Positions 1 through 13,519 of a stretch of DNA of 64,000 nt are shown here, piece after piece. The stretch is from the NCBI RefSeq assembly GCF_009914755.1, contig NC_060931.1, one strand, 5' to 3'. Positions within the stretch are counted from its first letter, which is position 1, and each line of letters opens with the position of its first letter. The DNA comes from the human T2T-CHM13v2.0 reference genome, Homo sapiens. The position numbers and the translations under genes were made by a program. The notes under the pieces were generated by a model. It searched no databases. It was given only the letters and a program-made list of their open reading frames with translations, and had not been told where the DNA came from.

Positions 1-3000
1 TTGTGCTATTATAAACATGTGTGTGCAAGTATTTTTTTTGTATAATGACTTCTTTTCCTCTGGGTAGATACTTAGTAGTGGGATTGTTAGATCAAATGGT
101 AGATCTACTTTTAGTTCTTTAAGGAACCTCTACACTGTTTTCCATAGTGGTTGTACTAGTTTATGCTCCCACCATCGGTGCAAAAGTGTCCCCTTTTCAC
201 TGCATCCATGCCGACATCTACTATTTTTTGATTTTTTTGATTATGGCCCTTCTTGCAGGAATGAGATGGTATCGCCTTGTGGTTTTGATTTGCATTTCCC
301 TGATAATTAGTGATGTTGATCATTCTTCCGTATGCTCGTTGGCCATGTGTATATGTTCTTCTGATAATTGTGTATTCATGTCCTTAGCCCACTTTTTGAT
401 GGGATTGTTTGTTTTCTTCTTGCTGATTTGTTTGAGTTCTTTGTAGATTCTGGGTATTAGTCCTTTGTCAGATATACAGATTGTGAAGATCTTCTCCCAC
501 TCCATGGGTTGTCTTTTACTTCTGTTAATTATTTCTTTTGCTGTGCAGAAGCTTTTTAGTTTAATTAAGTCCCATCTATTTATCTTTGTTTTTGTTGCAT
601 TTGCTTTTGGGTTCTTGGTCACAAAGTCTGCATAAGCCAATTTCTAGAAGGGTTTTTCCGATGTTATCTTCTATAATCTTTATGGCTTCAGGTCTTAGAT
701 TTAAGTCTTTGATTCATCTTGAGTTGATTCTTGTATAAGGTGAGAGATGAGGATCCAGTTTTATTCTTCTACTTTTGGCTCGTCAATTATACTAGCACCA
801 TTTGTTGAATAAGGTGTCCTTTCCCCACTTTATGTTTTTGCTTGCTTTGCCAAAGATCCATTGGCTGTAAGTATTTGGCTTTATTTCTGAGTTCTCTATT
901 CTGTTCCTTTGGTCTATGTGTCTATTTTTATACCAGTACCATGCTGTTTTGGTGACTATGGCCTTACAGAATGGTTTGAAGTTAGGTAATGTGATACCTC
1001 CATATTTGTTCTTTTTGTTTAGTCTTGGTTTGGCTATGCAGGCTCTTTTTTGGTTCCATATGAATTTTAGGATTGTTTTTTTCTAGTTCCATGAATAATG
1101 ATGGTGGTATTTTGATGGGAATTTCATTGAATTTGTAGATTGCTTTGGGCAGTATAGTCATTTTACAATATTGATTCTACCCATCCATGAGCATGGGATG
1201 TGTTTCCATTTGCTTGTGTCATCTGTAATTTCTTTCAGCAGTGTTTTGTAGTTTTCTTTGTGGCAGTCTTTCACATCCTTGGTTAGGGTATATTCCTAAG
1301 TATTTTATTTTTATTTTTTTGCAGCTGTTGTGAAAGGGGTTGAGTTCTTGATTTGATTCTCAGCTTCTTCGCTGTTGGTGCGTAGCAGAGCTACTGATTT
1401 GTGTACATGAATTTTGTATCCTGAAACTTTGCTGGATTCATTTACCAGTTCTAGGAGCTTTTTAGATGAGTCTTTAGGGTTTTCTAGGTATATGATCATA
1501 TCATCAGTAAATAGTAACAGTTTTGACTTCCTCTTGACCAATTTTGATGCCCTTTGCCTCTTTCTCTTCTGATTGCTCTGGCTAGGACTTCCAGCACTAT
1601 GTTGAAAAGAAGTGGTGAAAGTGGGCATGTTTGTCTTGTTCTAGTTCTCAGGGGGAATGCTTTCAACTTTTCCCCGTTCCGTATAATGTTGACTGTGTGT
1701 TTGTCATAGATGGCTTTTATCACCTTGAGGTATGTCCCTTCTATGCCAATGTTGCTGAGGGTTTTAATCATAAAGCGATGCTGGATTTTGTCAAATGCTT
1801 TTTCTGTGTCTATTGAGATAATCATGTGATTTTTGTTTTTAATTCTGTTTATGTGGTGTATCACATTTATTGACTTATGTATGTTAAACCATCCCTGCAT
1901 CCCTGGTATGAAACCCACTTGATCATGGTGGATTATCTTTTTGATATGTTGTTGGATTTCTTTCATTCATATTGTAACGAGGATTTTTGCATCTATTTTC
2001 ATCAGAGATATTGGTGTGTAGTTTTTTTTTTTTTTTATTAAGTCCTTCCCTGGTTTTGGTATTAGGGTAATACCAAATTACCTAGCTTCAAAGAATGATT
2101 TAGGGAGGATTCTCTCTTTGTCTGTCTTTTGGAATAGTGTCAATAGGATTGATACCAGTTCTTCTTTGAATATCTGATAGAATTCAGCTTTGAATCTGAC
2201 TGGTCCTGGACTTTTTTTGTTGGCAATTTTTAAAATTACCATTTCAATTACATTGCTTATAATTGATCTGTTCAGAGATTCTATATCTTCCTTATTTAAT
2301 CTAGGAGGGTTGCATAGTTCCAGGAATTTATCCATCTTCTCTAGGTTTTCTAGTTTATTCATGTAAAGGTTTTCATAGCAGCCTTGAATAATCTTTCATA
2401 TTTCTTTGGTATCAGTTGTAATATATCCCATCTTGTTTCTAATTGAGCTTATTTGGATCTTCTCTCTTTTTTTCTTGGTTAATCTCACTAATGGTCTATC
2501 AATTTTATTTGTCTTTTTAAAAAACCAGCTTTTTGTTTCATTTATCTTTTCTTTTGTTTTTTTTTTGTTTGTTTGTTTGTTTGCTTAATTTCCGTTTCAT
2601 TTAGTTCTGCTCTGATCTTCGTTATTGTTTTCTTCTGCTGGGTTTGAGTTTGGATTGTTCTTGTTTCTCCAGTTTCGAAAGGTATGACCTTCAATTGTCT
2701 ATTTGTGCTCTTTAAGACTTTTTGATGTAGCATTTAGTGCTATGAACTTTCCTCTTAGCACCACTTTTGTTGTATCCCAGAGGTTTTGGTAGGTTGTGTC
2801 ACTATTATCATTCAGTTCAATAATTTTTATATTTCTATCTTGATTTCATTGTTAACCCCATGATAATTCAGGAGCAGGCTATTTAATTTCTATGTATTTG
2901 CCTGGTTTTGAGGGTTCCTTTTGGAGTTGATTTCCAATTTTATTCCACTGTGGTCTGAGAGAGTACTTCATATAATTTTGATTATCTTAAATGTACTGAG

Positions 3001-3635
3001 ACTTGTTTTGTGGCCTGTCACATGATCTATCTTGGAAAATGTTCCATATGCTGATGAATAGAATGTATATTCTGCAGTTGTTGGGTAGAATGTTTTGTAA
3101 TTATCTATTAAGTCCATTTGTTGTAGGGTTTAGTTTAAGTCCATTGTTCTTTGTTGACTTTCTGTCTTGATGATCTGTCTAGTGCTGTCAGTGGAGTATT
3201 AAAGTCCCCCACTATTATTGTGTTGCTGTCTATCTCATTTCTTAGGCCTAATAGTAATTGTTTTATAAATTTGGGAGCTCCAGTGTTAGGTGTATATAAA
3301 TTTAGAATTATGATATTTTCCTGTTAGATTAGTCCTTTTATCATTATATAATGTCCCTCTTTGTCTTTTTAAACTTCCACTGTGTTAAAGTTTGTTTTGT
3401 CTGGTATAAGAGTAGCTACTCCTGCTAGCTTTTGGTGTCCATTTGCATGGAAAATCTTTTTCCATCCCTTTACCTTAAGTTAATGTGGGTCTTTATATGT
3501 TAGGTGAGTCTCCTGAAGACAGCAGAAACTTAGTTGGTTTCTTATTCCTTCTGTCATTCTGTATATTATAAGTGGATCATTTAGGCCATTTACATTCAAT
3601 GTTAGTATTGAGATGTGAGATACTATTCTATTCAT
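1..3635 (-). pseudogene. Disrupted L1 ORF2 (endonuclease/reverse transcriptase) of the L1PB element
   Basis: ORF fragments 320-640, 1311-1628 ([13 protein letters not shown], the FADD motif region), 1496-1966 and 2078-2362 lie in different frames, indicating several frameshifts and stops. Confidence 0.92.
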
Positions 3636-3689
3636 CATGCTATATGTTGCCTGAATACCTTGTTTTTTATTTTTTAATTATGTTATTGT

Positions 3690-4711
3690 TATGTAGTTCC
3701 TGTGAGATTTATGCTTTAAGAAAGTTCTATTTTGGTGTGTTTCAAATATTTGTTTCAAGATTTAGAACTCTTTTCAGCAGTTCTTGTAGTCCTGGCTTGG
3801 TAGTGGCAAATTCTCTTAGCATTTGTTTGTCTGGAAAAGACTGTATCTTTCCTTCATTTATGAAGCTTAGTTTCACTGGATATAGAATTCTTGGCTGATA
3901 ATTGTTTTGTTTAAGGAGGCTAAAAATAGGACCCCAACACCTTCTAGCTTGTAGGATTTCTGCTGAGAAATCTGCTGTTAATGTGATAGGTTTTCCTTTA
4001 TAGGTTACTTGATGCTTTTGCCTTACAGCTCTTAAGTTTCTTTCCTTCATCTTGACTTTAGATAAGCTGATGGCTATGTGCCTGTGTGATGATCTTTTTG
4101 CAATGAATTTCCCAGGTGTTCTTTGATCTTCTTGTATTTAGATGTCTAGATCTCTAGGAAGGCCAGGGAAGTTTTTCTTGATTTTTCCCTAGAATATGTT
4201 TTCCAAACTTACAGATTTCTCTTCTTCCTCAGGAACACCAATTATTCTTAGGTTTGGACATTTCTTGGAGGCTTTGTTCATTTTTCAAAATTCTGTTTTT
4301 TAATCTTTGATGAATTGGATTAATTCAAAAATCTTATCTTCGAGCTCTGAAGTTTTTTCTTCTGCTTGTTTGATTCTATTGCTGAGACTTTCCAGCGCAT
4401 TTTGCATTTCTCTAAGTGTGTCCTTTATTTCCAGAAGTTGTGATTGTTTTTTATTTATGCTACCTTTTTCATTGAAGAGTTTTCCTTTCATATCCTGTAT
4501 CATGTTTTTGATTTATTTAAATTGAACTTTACCTTTCTCTGGTGCCTCCTTGATTAGCTTAATAATAGACCTTTCTAAATTCTTTTTCTGGTAATTCAGA
4601 GATTTTGTCTTGCTTTGGATTCATTGCTGATGAGCTGATATAATCTTTTGGGGGTGTTAAAGAAGATCGTTTTGTCATATTGCCAGAATTGTTTTTCTGG
4701 TTCCTTCTCAT
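3690..4711 (-). pseudogene. Disrupted L1 ORF1 of the L1PB element
   Basis: ATG at 4711 reads MRRNQKNNSGNM. Fragments 4300-4503 (coiled coil) and 3742-4050 (RRM/CTD: PRILYPVKLSF...F) are ORF1p-like. Confidence 0.9.
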
Positions 4712-5899
4712 TTGGATCAACTATGTCAGAGGGAAGATCTGGGATTCAAGGGCTGCTGTTCAGATTCTTTTGTTCCATGGGGTGCTCCCTTGATGTCGTG
4801 TTCTCCTTTTTCCCCTAGAAATGGGGCTTCCTGAGAACTGAACTGTAGTGATTATTTTTGCTCTTCTGGGTCTCACTGCCCAGCAGAGCTACCAGGTTCT
4901 GGGCTGGTACTGGGGAGTGTCTGCAAATAGTCCTGTGATGTGATGAGATCTGTCTTCAGATCTTTCAGCTGTGGATACCAGCACCTGCTCTGCTGGAGGT
5001 AGCAGGAGAGTGAAGTGACTCTGTGAGGATCCTTGGTTGTGTTTTTGTTTAGTGTGCTGGTTTTGTTGTTGGTTGGCCTCCAGTCAGGAGATGGCGCTTT
5101 CAAGATCGCATCAGCTATGGTCCTATAGGGAGGATGCAAACTTGCCCTAACGACACCTGTTTAAGTATTCAGCTTTCTCAGGTGGTGGGCAGGGTCATAG
5201 AACTCCCAAGAAATTATGACCTTTGTCTTCAGCTACCAAGGCAAGTAGAGAAAGACCACCAGGTTGGGGCATGGATAGGCATGTCTGAGCTCAGCCTCTC
5301 CTTGAGTGGGTCTTGCTGTGGCTGCTGTGGGGGATAGGGGTATGGTTTCAAGTCCAATGAAGTTATATTTATAGGGGGATTATGGCTGCCTCTGCTGAGT
5401 CATACAGGTTTCCAGGGAAGTGGGGGAAAGCTGGCAGCTACAGGCCTCACCTCGTTCCCATGCAGTCCGCAGTCCTAAAGGCCAGTCTCACTTCCGCCAT
5501 GCCCCCTACAATAGCACTGAGTCTATTTCCAGGCAGCTGGTGACTAAGGCTGAGAGCTTGTCCCAGACCGCATGCCTCTCCGTTGAGAAAGTAGGCCAAC
5601 TCACAGTTTTTTGGTGTCTCAAGGTGCCTTCAGTGGTGATCCAGTTCCTTCAAAGGGTCTGTGGATTCTCTTGGCTTTCCTGGTATGTTCCTTTGGTAGT
5701 TCTTAGAGCAAAAGTTCATGATGTGAGTCTCCACTTGCTGCTCTGTTCATCTGAGTGGGCACTGCAAGCTAGTCCTGCCTTCTGTCTGCCATCTTAATCC
5801 AACTCCCAATACGTAGCTTTTTGATCCTCACCCTCCTCCCTCAAGTAGGTCCTAGAATCTATTGTTCCCTTCTTTGTGTCCATATGTACTCAGTGTTAA

Positions 5900-8800
5900 G
5901 CTCCTACTTATAAGTGAGAACATGCAGTATTTGTTTTTCTGTACCTGTGTTAGTTCACTTAGGATAATAACCTCCAGCTGCATTGATATTGCTGCAAAGA
6001 ACAGAGTTTTGTTACTCTTTATGGCTGCATAGTATTCCATGATGTATATGTATCATATTTTCTTGTTGCAGTCCACTGTTGATGGGCATTTCGGTTGATT
6101 CCATGTTTTTGCTATTGTGACTAGTGCTGCAATTAACATATATGTGCATGTCTCTTTATGGTAGAATGTTTTATATTCCTATGGGTATATACCCAGTAGT
6201 GGGATTGCTGGGTCAAATGGTGGTTCTGTTTTAAGTTCTTTGAGAAATCTCCAAACTGCTTTCCACAGTGGCTGAACTAATTTACATTCCCACCAGCACT
6301 GTATAAGTGTTCCCTTTTCTATACAATCTCACCAGCATCTTTTGTTGTTTTTGTTGTTGTTTTACTTTTTAGTAATAGCCATCCTGAGTGGTGTGAGATG
6401 ATGTCTCATTGTGGTTTTGAATTGCATTTCTCTAATGATTAATGATGAGCATTTTTTTCATGTCTGTTGGCTGCATGTATGTCTTCTTTTGGGAAGTGTC
6501 TGCTCATGTCCTTTGCCTATGGGGTTGCTTGTTTTTCACTTGTTAATTTTTTTACATTTCTTAAAGATTCTGGAGGTCTAATAACCTTTGTTAAAAGCAT
6601 AGATTGCAAATATTTTCTCTCATTTTGTAGATTGTGTGTTTACTCTTTTGATAGTTTCTTTCGCTGTGCAGAAGCACTTTAGTTTTGTTAGGTCCCATAA
6701 GTCAATTTTTTGTTTTGTTGCAACTGCTTTTGGTATCTTCATCATGAAATATTTGCCATGGCCGATGTCTTGAATGGTATTTCCTAGGTTTCACTCGAGG
6801 GTTTTTATAGTTTTTGGTTTTACATTTAAGTTTTTAATCCATCTTGAGTTGATTTTTGTATATGGTGAAAATAAGGGGTCCAGTTTCAATCTTCTGCATA
6901 TGGCTAGCCAGTTATCCTAAAACCATTTATTGAATAGAGAGTCCTTCGCCATTGCTTATTTTTGTTGACTGTGTCAAAGATCACATGGTTGTAGGTGTGT
7001 GGCCTTATTTCTGGTCTTTCTATTCTGTTCCATTGGTCTACGTATCTGTTTTTTGTTTTTTTTTTTTTTTTTTTTTTTTTTTACCAGTATCATATTGTTT
7101 TAGTTACCATAGCCTTGTTATATAGTTTGAAATTGGGTAATGTGATACCTCCAGATTTGCTCTTTATGCTTAGGATTGCTTTGGCTATTCAGGCTCTTTT
7201 TGAGTTCCATCTGAATTTTAGAATAGTTTTTTCCAATTCTGTGTAAAATATCATTGATAGTTTGATAGAAATAGCTTTGAATCTGTAAATGGCTTTGGGC
7301 AGTATGGCCATTTTAATATGATATTGATTCTTCCTACCTATGTGGATGGACTGTTTCTTCATTTGTTTATGTCATCTCTGATTTCTTTTAGCAATGTTTT
7401 GCAATTCTTATTGTAGAGATCTTTCATATCCTTGGGTAACTTTCTTACTGGGTATTTTATTCTTTTTGTGGCTATTGTGAATGAGATTGTGTTCCTGATT
7501 TGGCTCTCAGCTTTGGTGTTATTGGTGTATAGAAATGCTACTGATTTTTGTACATTGATGTTGTATTCTGAAACTTTGCTAAAGTTATTTATCAGATCCA
7601 GCAACCCTTGGGCAAAGACTATGCTGTTTTCTAGATGTAAAATCATAGTGCCTGCAAAGAGCAATAGTTTGGCTTCTTCTTCCTATTTGAATGTTTTTTA
7701 TTTCTTTCTATTGTCTTATTGCTCTGGCTAGAACTTCCAGTACTATGTTGAATAGAAATGGTAAGAATGGGCATCCTTGTCCTGTTCCAGTTCTCAAGGG
7801 AATGCTTCCAGCTTTTGCCCTTTCAGCATAATATTGGCTATGTCTTTGTCATAGATGTTTCTTATTATTTTGAGGTATGTTTCTTATATGCCCAGTTTGA
7901 GAATTTTTTTAATATGAAGGAATGTTAAATTTTATCAAAAGTCTTTTCTGCATCTACCGAGATCATCATGTAGTTTTTGTTTTGGGTTTTGTTTATGTGA
8001 TGACTCACATTGATTGAATTGTGTATGTTAAACCAACCTTGCATCCCAGGAATGAAGCCTACTTGATTATGGTGGATTAGCTTTTTGATGGGCTGCTGGA
8101 TTTGGTTTGCTAATATATTGTTGAGGATTTTTGCATCTATGTTTTTCAAGGACACTGGCCTGAAGTTTTGTTTTTTCACTGGGTGTTGAGCCAGATACCA
8201 GTATCAGAATGATGCTGGCCTCACAGAATGAGTTATGGAGGAGTCCCTCTTTGTAAATTTTTTGGAATAGTTTTAGTAGGATATGTACCAACTCTGCTTT
8301 ATATATCGGATAGAATTTGGCTATGAATCTGTCTGGTCTAGGGCTTTTTCTGGTTGATTTTTATTATTATTATTATTACTGATTCAATTTTGGAATTTGT
8401 ATTGATCTGTTCAGGAATTCAATTTCTTGGTGCAATCTTGGAAGGCTGTATATTTCCAGAAATTTATTTATTCTTCTAGGTTTTCTAGTTTGTGTGCATA
8501 GAAGTGTTCCTAATAGTCTCAGAGATTTGTGTATTTTTGTGGGGTTGTTGATAACGTCCCCTTTGTCCTTTCTCAATATGTTTATTTGGATCTTTTCTCT
8601 TCTGTATTAGTCTAGCTAGAGATCTATTAATCTTGTTTATTATTTCAAAGAACAAACTTTTGGTTTTGTGGTTGTGTATGGCTTTTATATCTCAGTTTCA
8701 TTCAGTTTAACTCTGATTTTGGTTACTTTTTCTTCTGCTGGCTTTGAAGTTGTTTTGCTCTTGTTTTTCTAGTTCCTCTAGGTGTGACGTTAGGTTGTTC

Positions 8801-9720
8801 ATTTGAGATCTAACTTTTTGATGTAGAATATTAGTGGTATAAGCTTTCATCTTAACACTGCTTTAGCTGTGTCCCAGAGATTCTGGTATATTGTATCTTT
8901 GTTTTCATCAGTTTGGAGAATCTCTTGACTTCTGCCTAATTTCATTATTTACCCCAAAGTTATTTAGGAGCAGGTTGTTTAATTTCTTTGTAATTGTATG
9001 ACTTTGAGATAGCTTCTTAGTATTGCTTTATATTTTTATTCTGCCCTGGACTGAGAGTATGATTTTGGTTTTTATGAGTTAATTGAGAATTGTCTTATGG
9101 CCATGCATGTGGTTAGTTTTAGAGTGTGTGCCATGTACATATGAGAAGAATGTATATTCTGTTGTTGTTTGGGTGGAGTGTTCTGTAGATGTCTGTTAGG
9201 TTCCATTGGCCAAGTGTCAAGTTTAGATCCTGAATACCTTTGTTACTTTTCTGCTTTGATGATCTGTTTAATACTGTCAGTGGGGTGTTTAAATCTCCTA
9301 CTATTATTAAGTTACGTAAGTCTCTTCATAGGTCTCTAAGAACTTGTTTTATGAATCTGGGTGCTCCAGTGTTGGGTACATCTATATTTAGGATAGTTAA
9401 GTCGTCTCGTTGAATTGAACTCTTTATTATTATATAATGCCCTTTGTGTTTTTTGATCATTGTTAAAGTCTTTTCTGTTTGAAATTAGAATAGCATCCCC
9501 TGCTCTTGTTTTTCATTTGCTTGGATAAATTTTTCTCCATTGCTCTACTTTGAGCCCATGGTTGTCATTGTATATGAGGCGGTTCTCTTGAAGAGAGCAG
9601 ATGGATGGGTCATGCTTCTTTATCCAACTTGCCACTGTAGGTTGTAAGTGGGGTTTTAGCCTGTTTATGTTGAAGGTTACTATTGATGTGTGCAGATGGC
9701 TATTTATGCAGACTTGATTG
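5900..9720 (-). pseudogene. Disrupted L1 ORF2 of the L1PA15/16 element
   Basis: Fragments [47 protein letters not shown] and [12 protein letters not shown] (FADD catalytic motif degenerate); many stops and frameshifts. Confidence 0.9.
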
Positions 9721-9754
9721 TGTAGTTGCTTTATAATGTCAACGGCCTACGTAC

Positions 9755-10760
9755 TTAAGTGTGTTTTTCTGGTAGCCGATAATGGTCTTTTGTTTCCACA
9801 TTTTGTACTCCCTTAAGAACATCTTGTAAGGCAGATCTGGTGGTAACAAATTCCTTTAGCATTTGCTTGTCTGAAAATGAAAAGGATTTTATTTCTCCTT
9901 TGCATATGAAGCTTACTTTGGCTGGATATGAAATTCTTGGTTGGAATTTCTTTTCTTTAATTATGCTGACTATAGGCTCCCAGTCTCTTCTGGTTTGCAG
10001 AATTTCTGCTGAAAGGTCCACTGTTAGTTTGATGGGGTTCCCTTTGTAGGTGACCTGTCCCTTCTCTCTAGCTGCCTTTAATATTTTTTCTTTTGCATGT
10101 GCCTAGAAGAATCTGACAACAATGTGTCTTGGGGCTGGAGATCTTGTATAGTATCTTGCAGAGGTTCTCTGATTTTCCTGAATTTGAATATCAATCTCCT
10201 TAACAGGGTTTGGGAAATTTTCATGGACAATATCCTCAAATATGTCTTCCAAGTTGCTTGGTCTCTTTCAGGAATGCCAGTGAGTCATAGGTTTGGTCTC
10301 TTTACATAATCCCATATTTCTCAATTTGGTTTGTTGATTCTTTCTTATTTATTTTCCTTTATTTTTGTCAGACTGAGTTGATTCAAAGTACTGGTTTCTG
10401 AGATCTGATATTCTTTCCTCAGCTTGGTCTATTCTGCTGTTACTTCCTATTATGTTATGAAATTCTTGTATTGAGCTTTTCAGCTCTATCAAATCAGTTT
10501 GCTTCTTTTTTTATGCCTATGTTATCTTTCAGCTCTTGTATCATTTTATTGGATTCCTTAGATTCCTTGGATTGGGTGTCAACTTTCTCCTGATTCTCAA
10601 TGATCTTCATTGCTATCCAGATTCTAAATTCTATATGTCATTTCCACCATTTCAGCCTGGTTAACAACCATTGCTGGGAAGTTACTGCAGTTGTTGGGAG
10701 GTAAGAAGACACTCTGGCTTTTTGAGTTGCCAGAGCTCTTGCACTGGTTCTTTCTTATCT
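9755..10760 (-). pseudogene. Disrupted L1 ORF1 of the L1PA15/16 element
   Basis: DLSAEILQTRRDWEPIVSIIKEKKFQPRISYPAKVSF is the ORF1p C-terminal region. The start codon appears mutated (ATA AGA AAG AAC CAG). Confidence 0.85.
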
Positions 10761-13431
10761 TTGTAGGTTGATGTTCATTTAGCCTTTGAAGTTGCTGTTC
10801 TTTGGATGGGGCTTTTGCTTTTATGTTCTTTGATGCTCTTGAGAGTTTCTCTGTGATATAAGTTGGCTTTAGTCGACTGGTTTCACTTCTGGATGATTTC
10901 AGGGGCCAAGGATCAGCTCAGCACTCCAGTGCTGGGTTCTCTAATCCTGCAGGGTCTGGGGCCAGGCCCACAGCTTTGTTCTCCAGCCCCTTGGGGCTAA
11001 ACACCTGTTGCACTGGAGGGGCTGAAGTTTTTCCAGTCTGCTGGTAACAACACTTTGATGGGGGATGCTGGAAAAGTGCTTCATCACGTCTGTATTTTGC
11101 ATGTGTGCACTGGCAATGGCAGGGTGGCAGTGATGCAGCAGCGTTTGTATGCACATGCACAACTGGTAGTGGAGCAATGAGGTCTGCATGTGTGCACCAG
11201 CAAAGTGGTGGGAGGAGGCTGTGGGGATTCATCTGCTAAAGCTCTCCAGCCATCAGGTGGGGTCTGCCAGTGAAGGAGCTATGGCGGTGGCTGTCAGGAA
11301 GTGCCTTGGTTGGGCATCCAAGGCTGTGCTGCAAGCAGGTATGGCCAGGCAGGGACCCTAGGAGAGGCTGGCAGGCAAGGGGCTCTCAGATCAGTCTGGC
11401 CCCATCTCAAGACAGCCCTGCTATGCTCAGGTCTGATGGTCAACAAGGGCCAAAGCGACTTCAAGGAGCACAGCCAGCCTTGGGAGATGGGTGTCTGTGG
11501 CTGTGCTCCACTGTAGCCATTCCTATGCCAAATCCTCTAGGCACCATACAGGCTGGAGTCCTGTTCCCACCACTCCTCCAGGAAGCTCTCCCTGTCAGCT
11601 TAAATGTCTGTGGGAGGCATAGGGTCTCCTGCAGCTAGAATTCAGGAGGTCCGTGGTAGTAGTGGGCTACTCCCTTCCTATTTAACTCACCACTTCCCAG
11701 GAGCTGCTGGGGGCCAGAAATGATCCCTGGTGGTTGGCAGCCTGGTGCAGGTTTCCCAACTTCCTGCTCTTTTAGCCCAGGATCTTTCTCCTCCTTCTGT
11801 TCCCTCTCAATGCCCTCCTTCTGAAGATCTGCTCAGAGTGTACCAGTCTTCTTGATGGTCTGGTCTTTTAGTGGGAGATGCTCTTCCTGGCTGCATCTAG
11901 TCAACCATGTTGCATACTGGCTCTTCTCTGGGGATGCATTTCTCTCAGGGATTTTGGATTCCGATCACAGTGGGGAATAGAAGGTATTTTGCCACTGCTC
12001 TTGCCATTTTAACCTGTTTGACAAATACATAAGCAGCCCACATTTCAAAAGCTTGCTGGTCAGAATAACATAGCACTATTCCTAGAGAATGTCACATCAT
12101 ACTTGTTTTGCGTTACACGTAGAACCTAGCATGGAGTTTCACGTATGAAGGTCTTCAGCACAAATTTGTAGAAAATTTGCTAACTTTTTCTTTCTCTGCT
12201 GTCCATGTCCATCGAAGCAGAGAAAGAGATTGGGTGCATCACTTTAGCCATAGTCTCCACAGGATAATGACAATTACATGGCCAAATTGCTAAGGATTGA
12301 AATTAAAGTTGGATGTTTCACTTTATCTCTATCATTAACAGACACATTTCTAGGGCCTGGGAAAGGAAGACTGTTTGACCATGTTTTGTGAATTTGTGCT
12401 TACATTCATTAACTAAAACAGGAAAATGTAGCATATCTGAGGGATGGCAACTGTGGAGCACAGGGGCTGTCCCCTGCCCCTCCTACTCAGGTGGTCAATG
12501 CTAAGTGACCAACCCCTCTAGAGACTTTCAAATCTTCAGGCAGCCACTGCTGTCTAGACATTGACACAAGCTGGACCATCCATTTTACCGGCATTTGCAT
12601 ATAAAATAAAGTCTTGATTACTGTTAATAAATGAACTTGTAGACTACCTGTTTTAAACTCAGCATGAGTCAGTGATTTCAGTTATCCTTACACTGAGACA
12701 CTCTTGATTCTTAGTCTTCTGTCTCCTTCCTTCCCTGGCTGTGTTTGGAGGGGTGTCTGTGTGTCTGGGGAGGTGGGCTGGCTTGTGTGACTGTGTGGAA
12801 TTAGGTCTTTAGAGGCCCCTCCATTCGCTGTTCACCCATCCTTTGTCTTTGGGTGGCCCTGGCATTGTTAGCACCCAAGCCTGAAGTCTATGACTAGGAA
12901 ACCTGTGGTCTGCTGTTTTGGCTCAGGTGAAGCTCTGTTGGAGTCATCAACCAGCTCTTATGGCTGAAGGGTCTCCTCTCTCTTCAGATGGCTGTGGATA
13001 CCAAGTCTCTGCCACACCCCCATCCAGTCCCAAGCCCAGTAGTCCACCATGGTGGTTGGCCTCAGCCCTCTGTGCTATGCAGGCCCACTGAAACCCCACT
13101 ACAGGGGCTACAGGAAGCGTGAGGCACCAACTAAGGCATCTGCCTCCCCTACCCTGCTGTTGTGCTCTCTTATCTAGGCTGGGATGCACCTTATTGGCAT
13201 GGGGCTCTGAGCACAGATCTTAAAACATCATGAGTGGGGAATCTGGGGACATAGTTTCTCCCTCTGCCCTCTGACTTGCCCTAATTTGTCTAATTCATTT
13301 TGCTTCTCTGGGTCAAACCTAGGAAAGAGGAAGATTGGGACATATATTGCAGCTCTATCACTTTCTACCTCTGCCCTTCTTATTTCCCATACACTCCAGG
13401 ATGGAAAAAAGGCAAATTTTCCTCTCCAAAG

Positions 13432-13519
13432 CCAGAATATCTGGAGTAGGGCCTAGGGATCTGTAAGTTATCAAGTTATCCAGATGATTCTGATGCAGCT
13501 AATGTTTGAGAACAATTGA
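13432..13519. mobile_element. MER5-family hAT-Charlie DNA transposon fragment
   Basis: CCAGATGATTCTGATGCAGCTAATGTTTGAGAACAATTG resembles the MER5A terminus. Confidence 0.6.

Larger units (their letters stand above)
1..5806 (-). mobile_element. LINE-1, L1PB1/L1PBa-type, near full length (5' UTR, ORF1, most of ORF2; 3' end runs off the left edge of the window)
   Basis: Minus-strand ORFs translate to L1 ORF2p motifs ([30 protein letters not shown]; [18 protein letters not shown]) and ORF1p (QVTYKGKPITLTADFSAE). The 5' UTR (4720-5800) resembles the L1PBa type and ends in GCCATCTT, the antisense of the L1 5' AAGATGGC. Confidence 0.93.
5807..11915 (-). mobile_element. LINE-1, L1PA15/L1PA16-type, near full length but missing its distal 3' UTR and polyA at the junction with the L1PB
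   Basis: ORF2 C-terminus (MEYYAAIK...CMFSLIS, 5852-6040), RT fragments (7359-7664, 7925-8179), ORF1 fragment (9755-10021) and a GC-richer 5' UTR (10800-11915) with short GCATGTGTGCAC-type repeats. Confidence 0.9.

Noticed and set aside
11095-11215. Short repeated GCATGTGTGCAC units, and the GCACCCAGG units at 40940-41010, as CRISPR-like or novel arrays
   Set aside because: They are degenerate internal repeats of the L1 5' UTR and of the LTR, with irregular spacing. This is eukaryotic DNA with no cas genes.
1-11915. Active or intact LINE-1
   Set aside because: Both elements have many stops, frameshifts and small deletions in ORF1 and ORF2, and CpG-depleted 5' UTRs.
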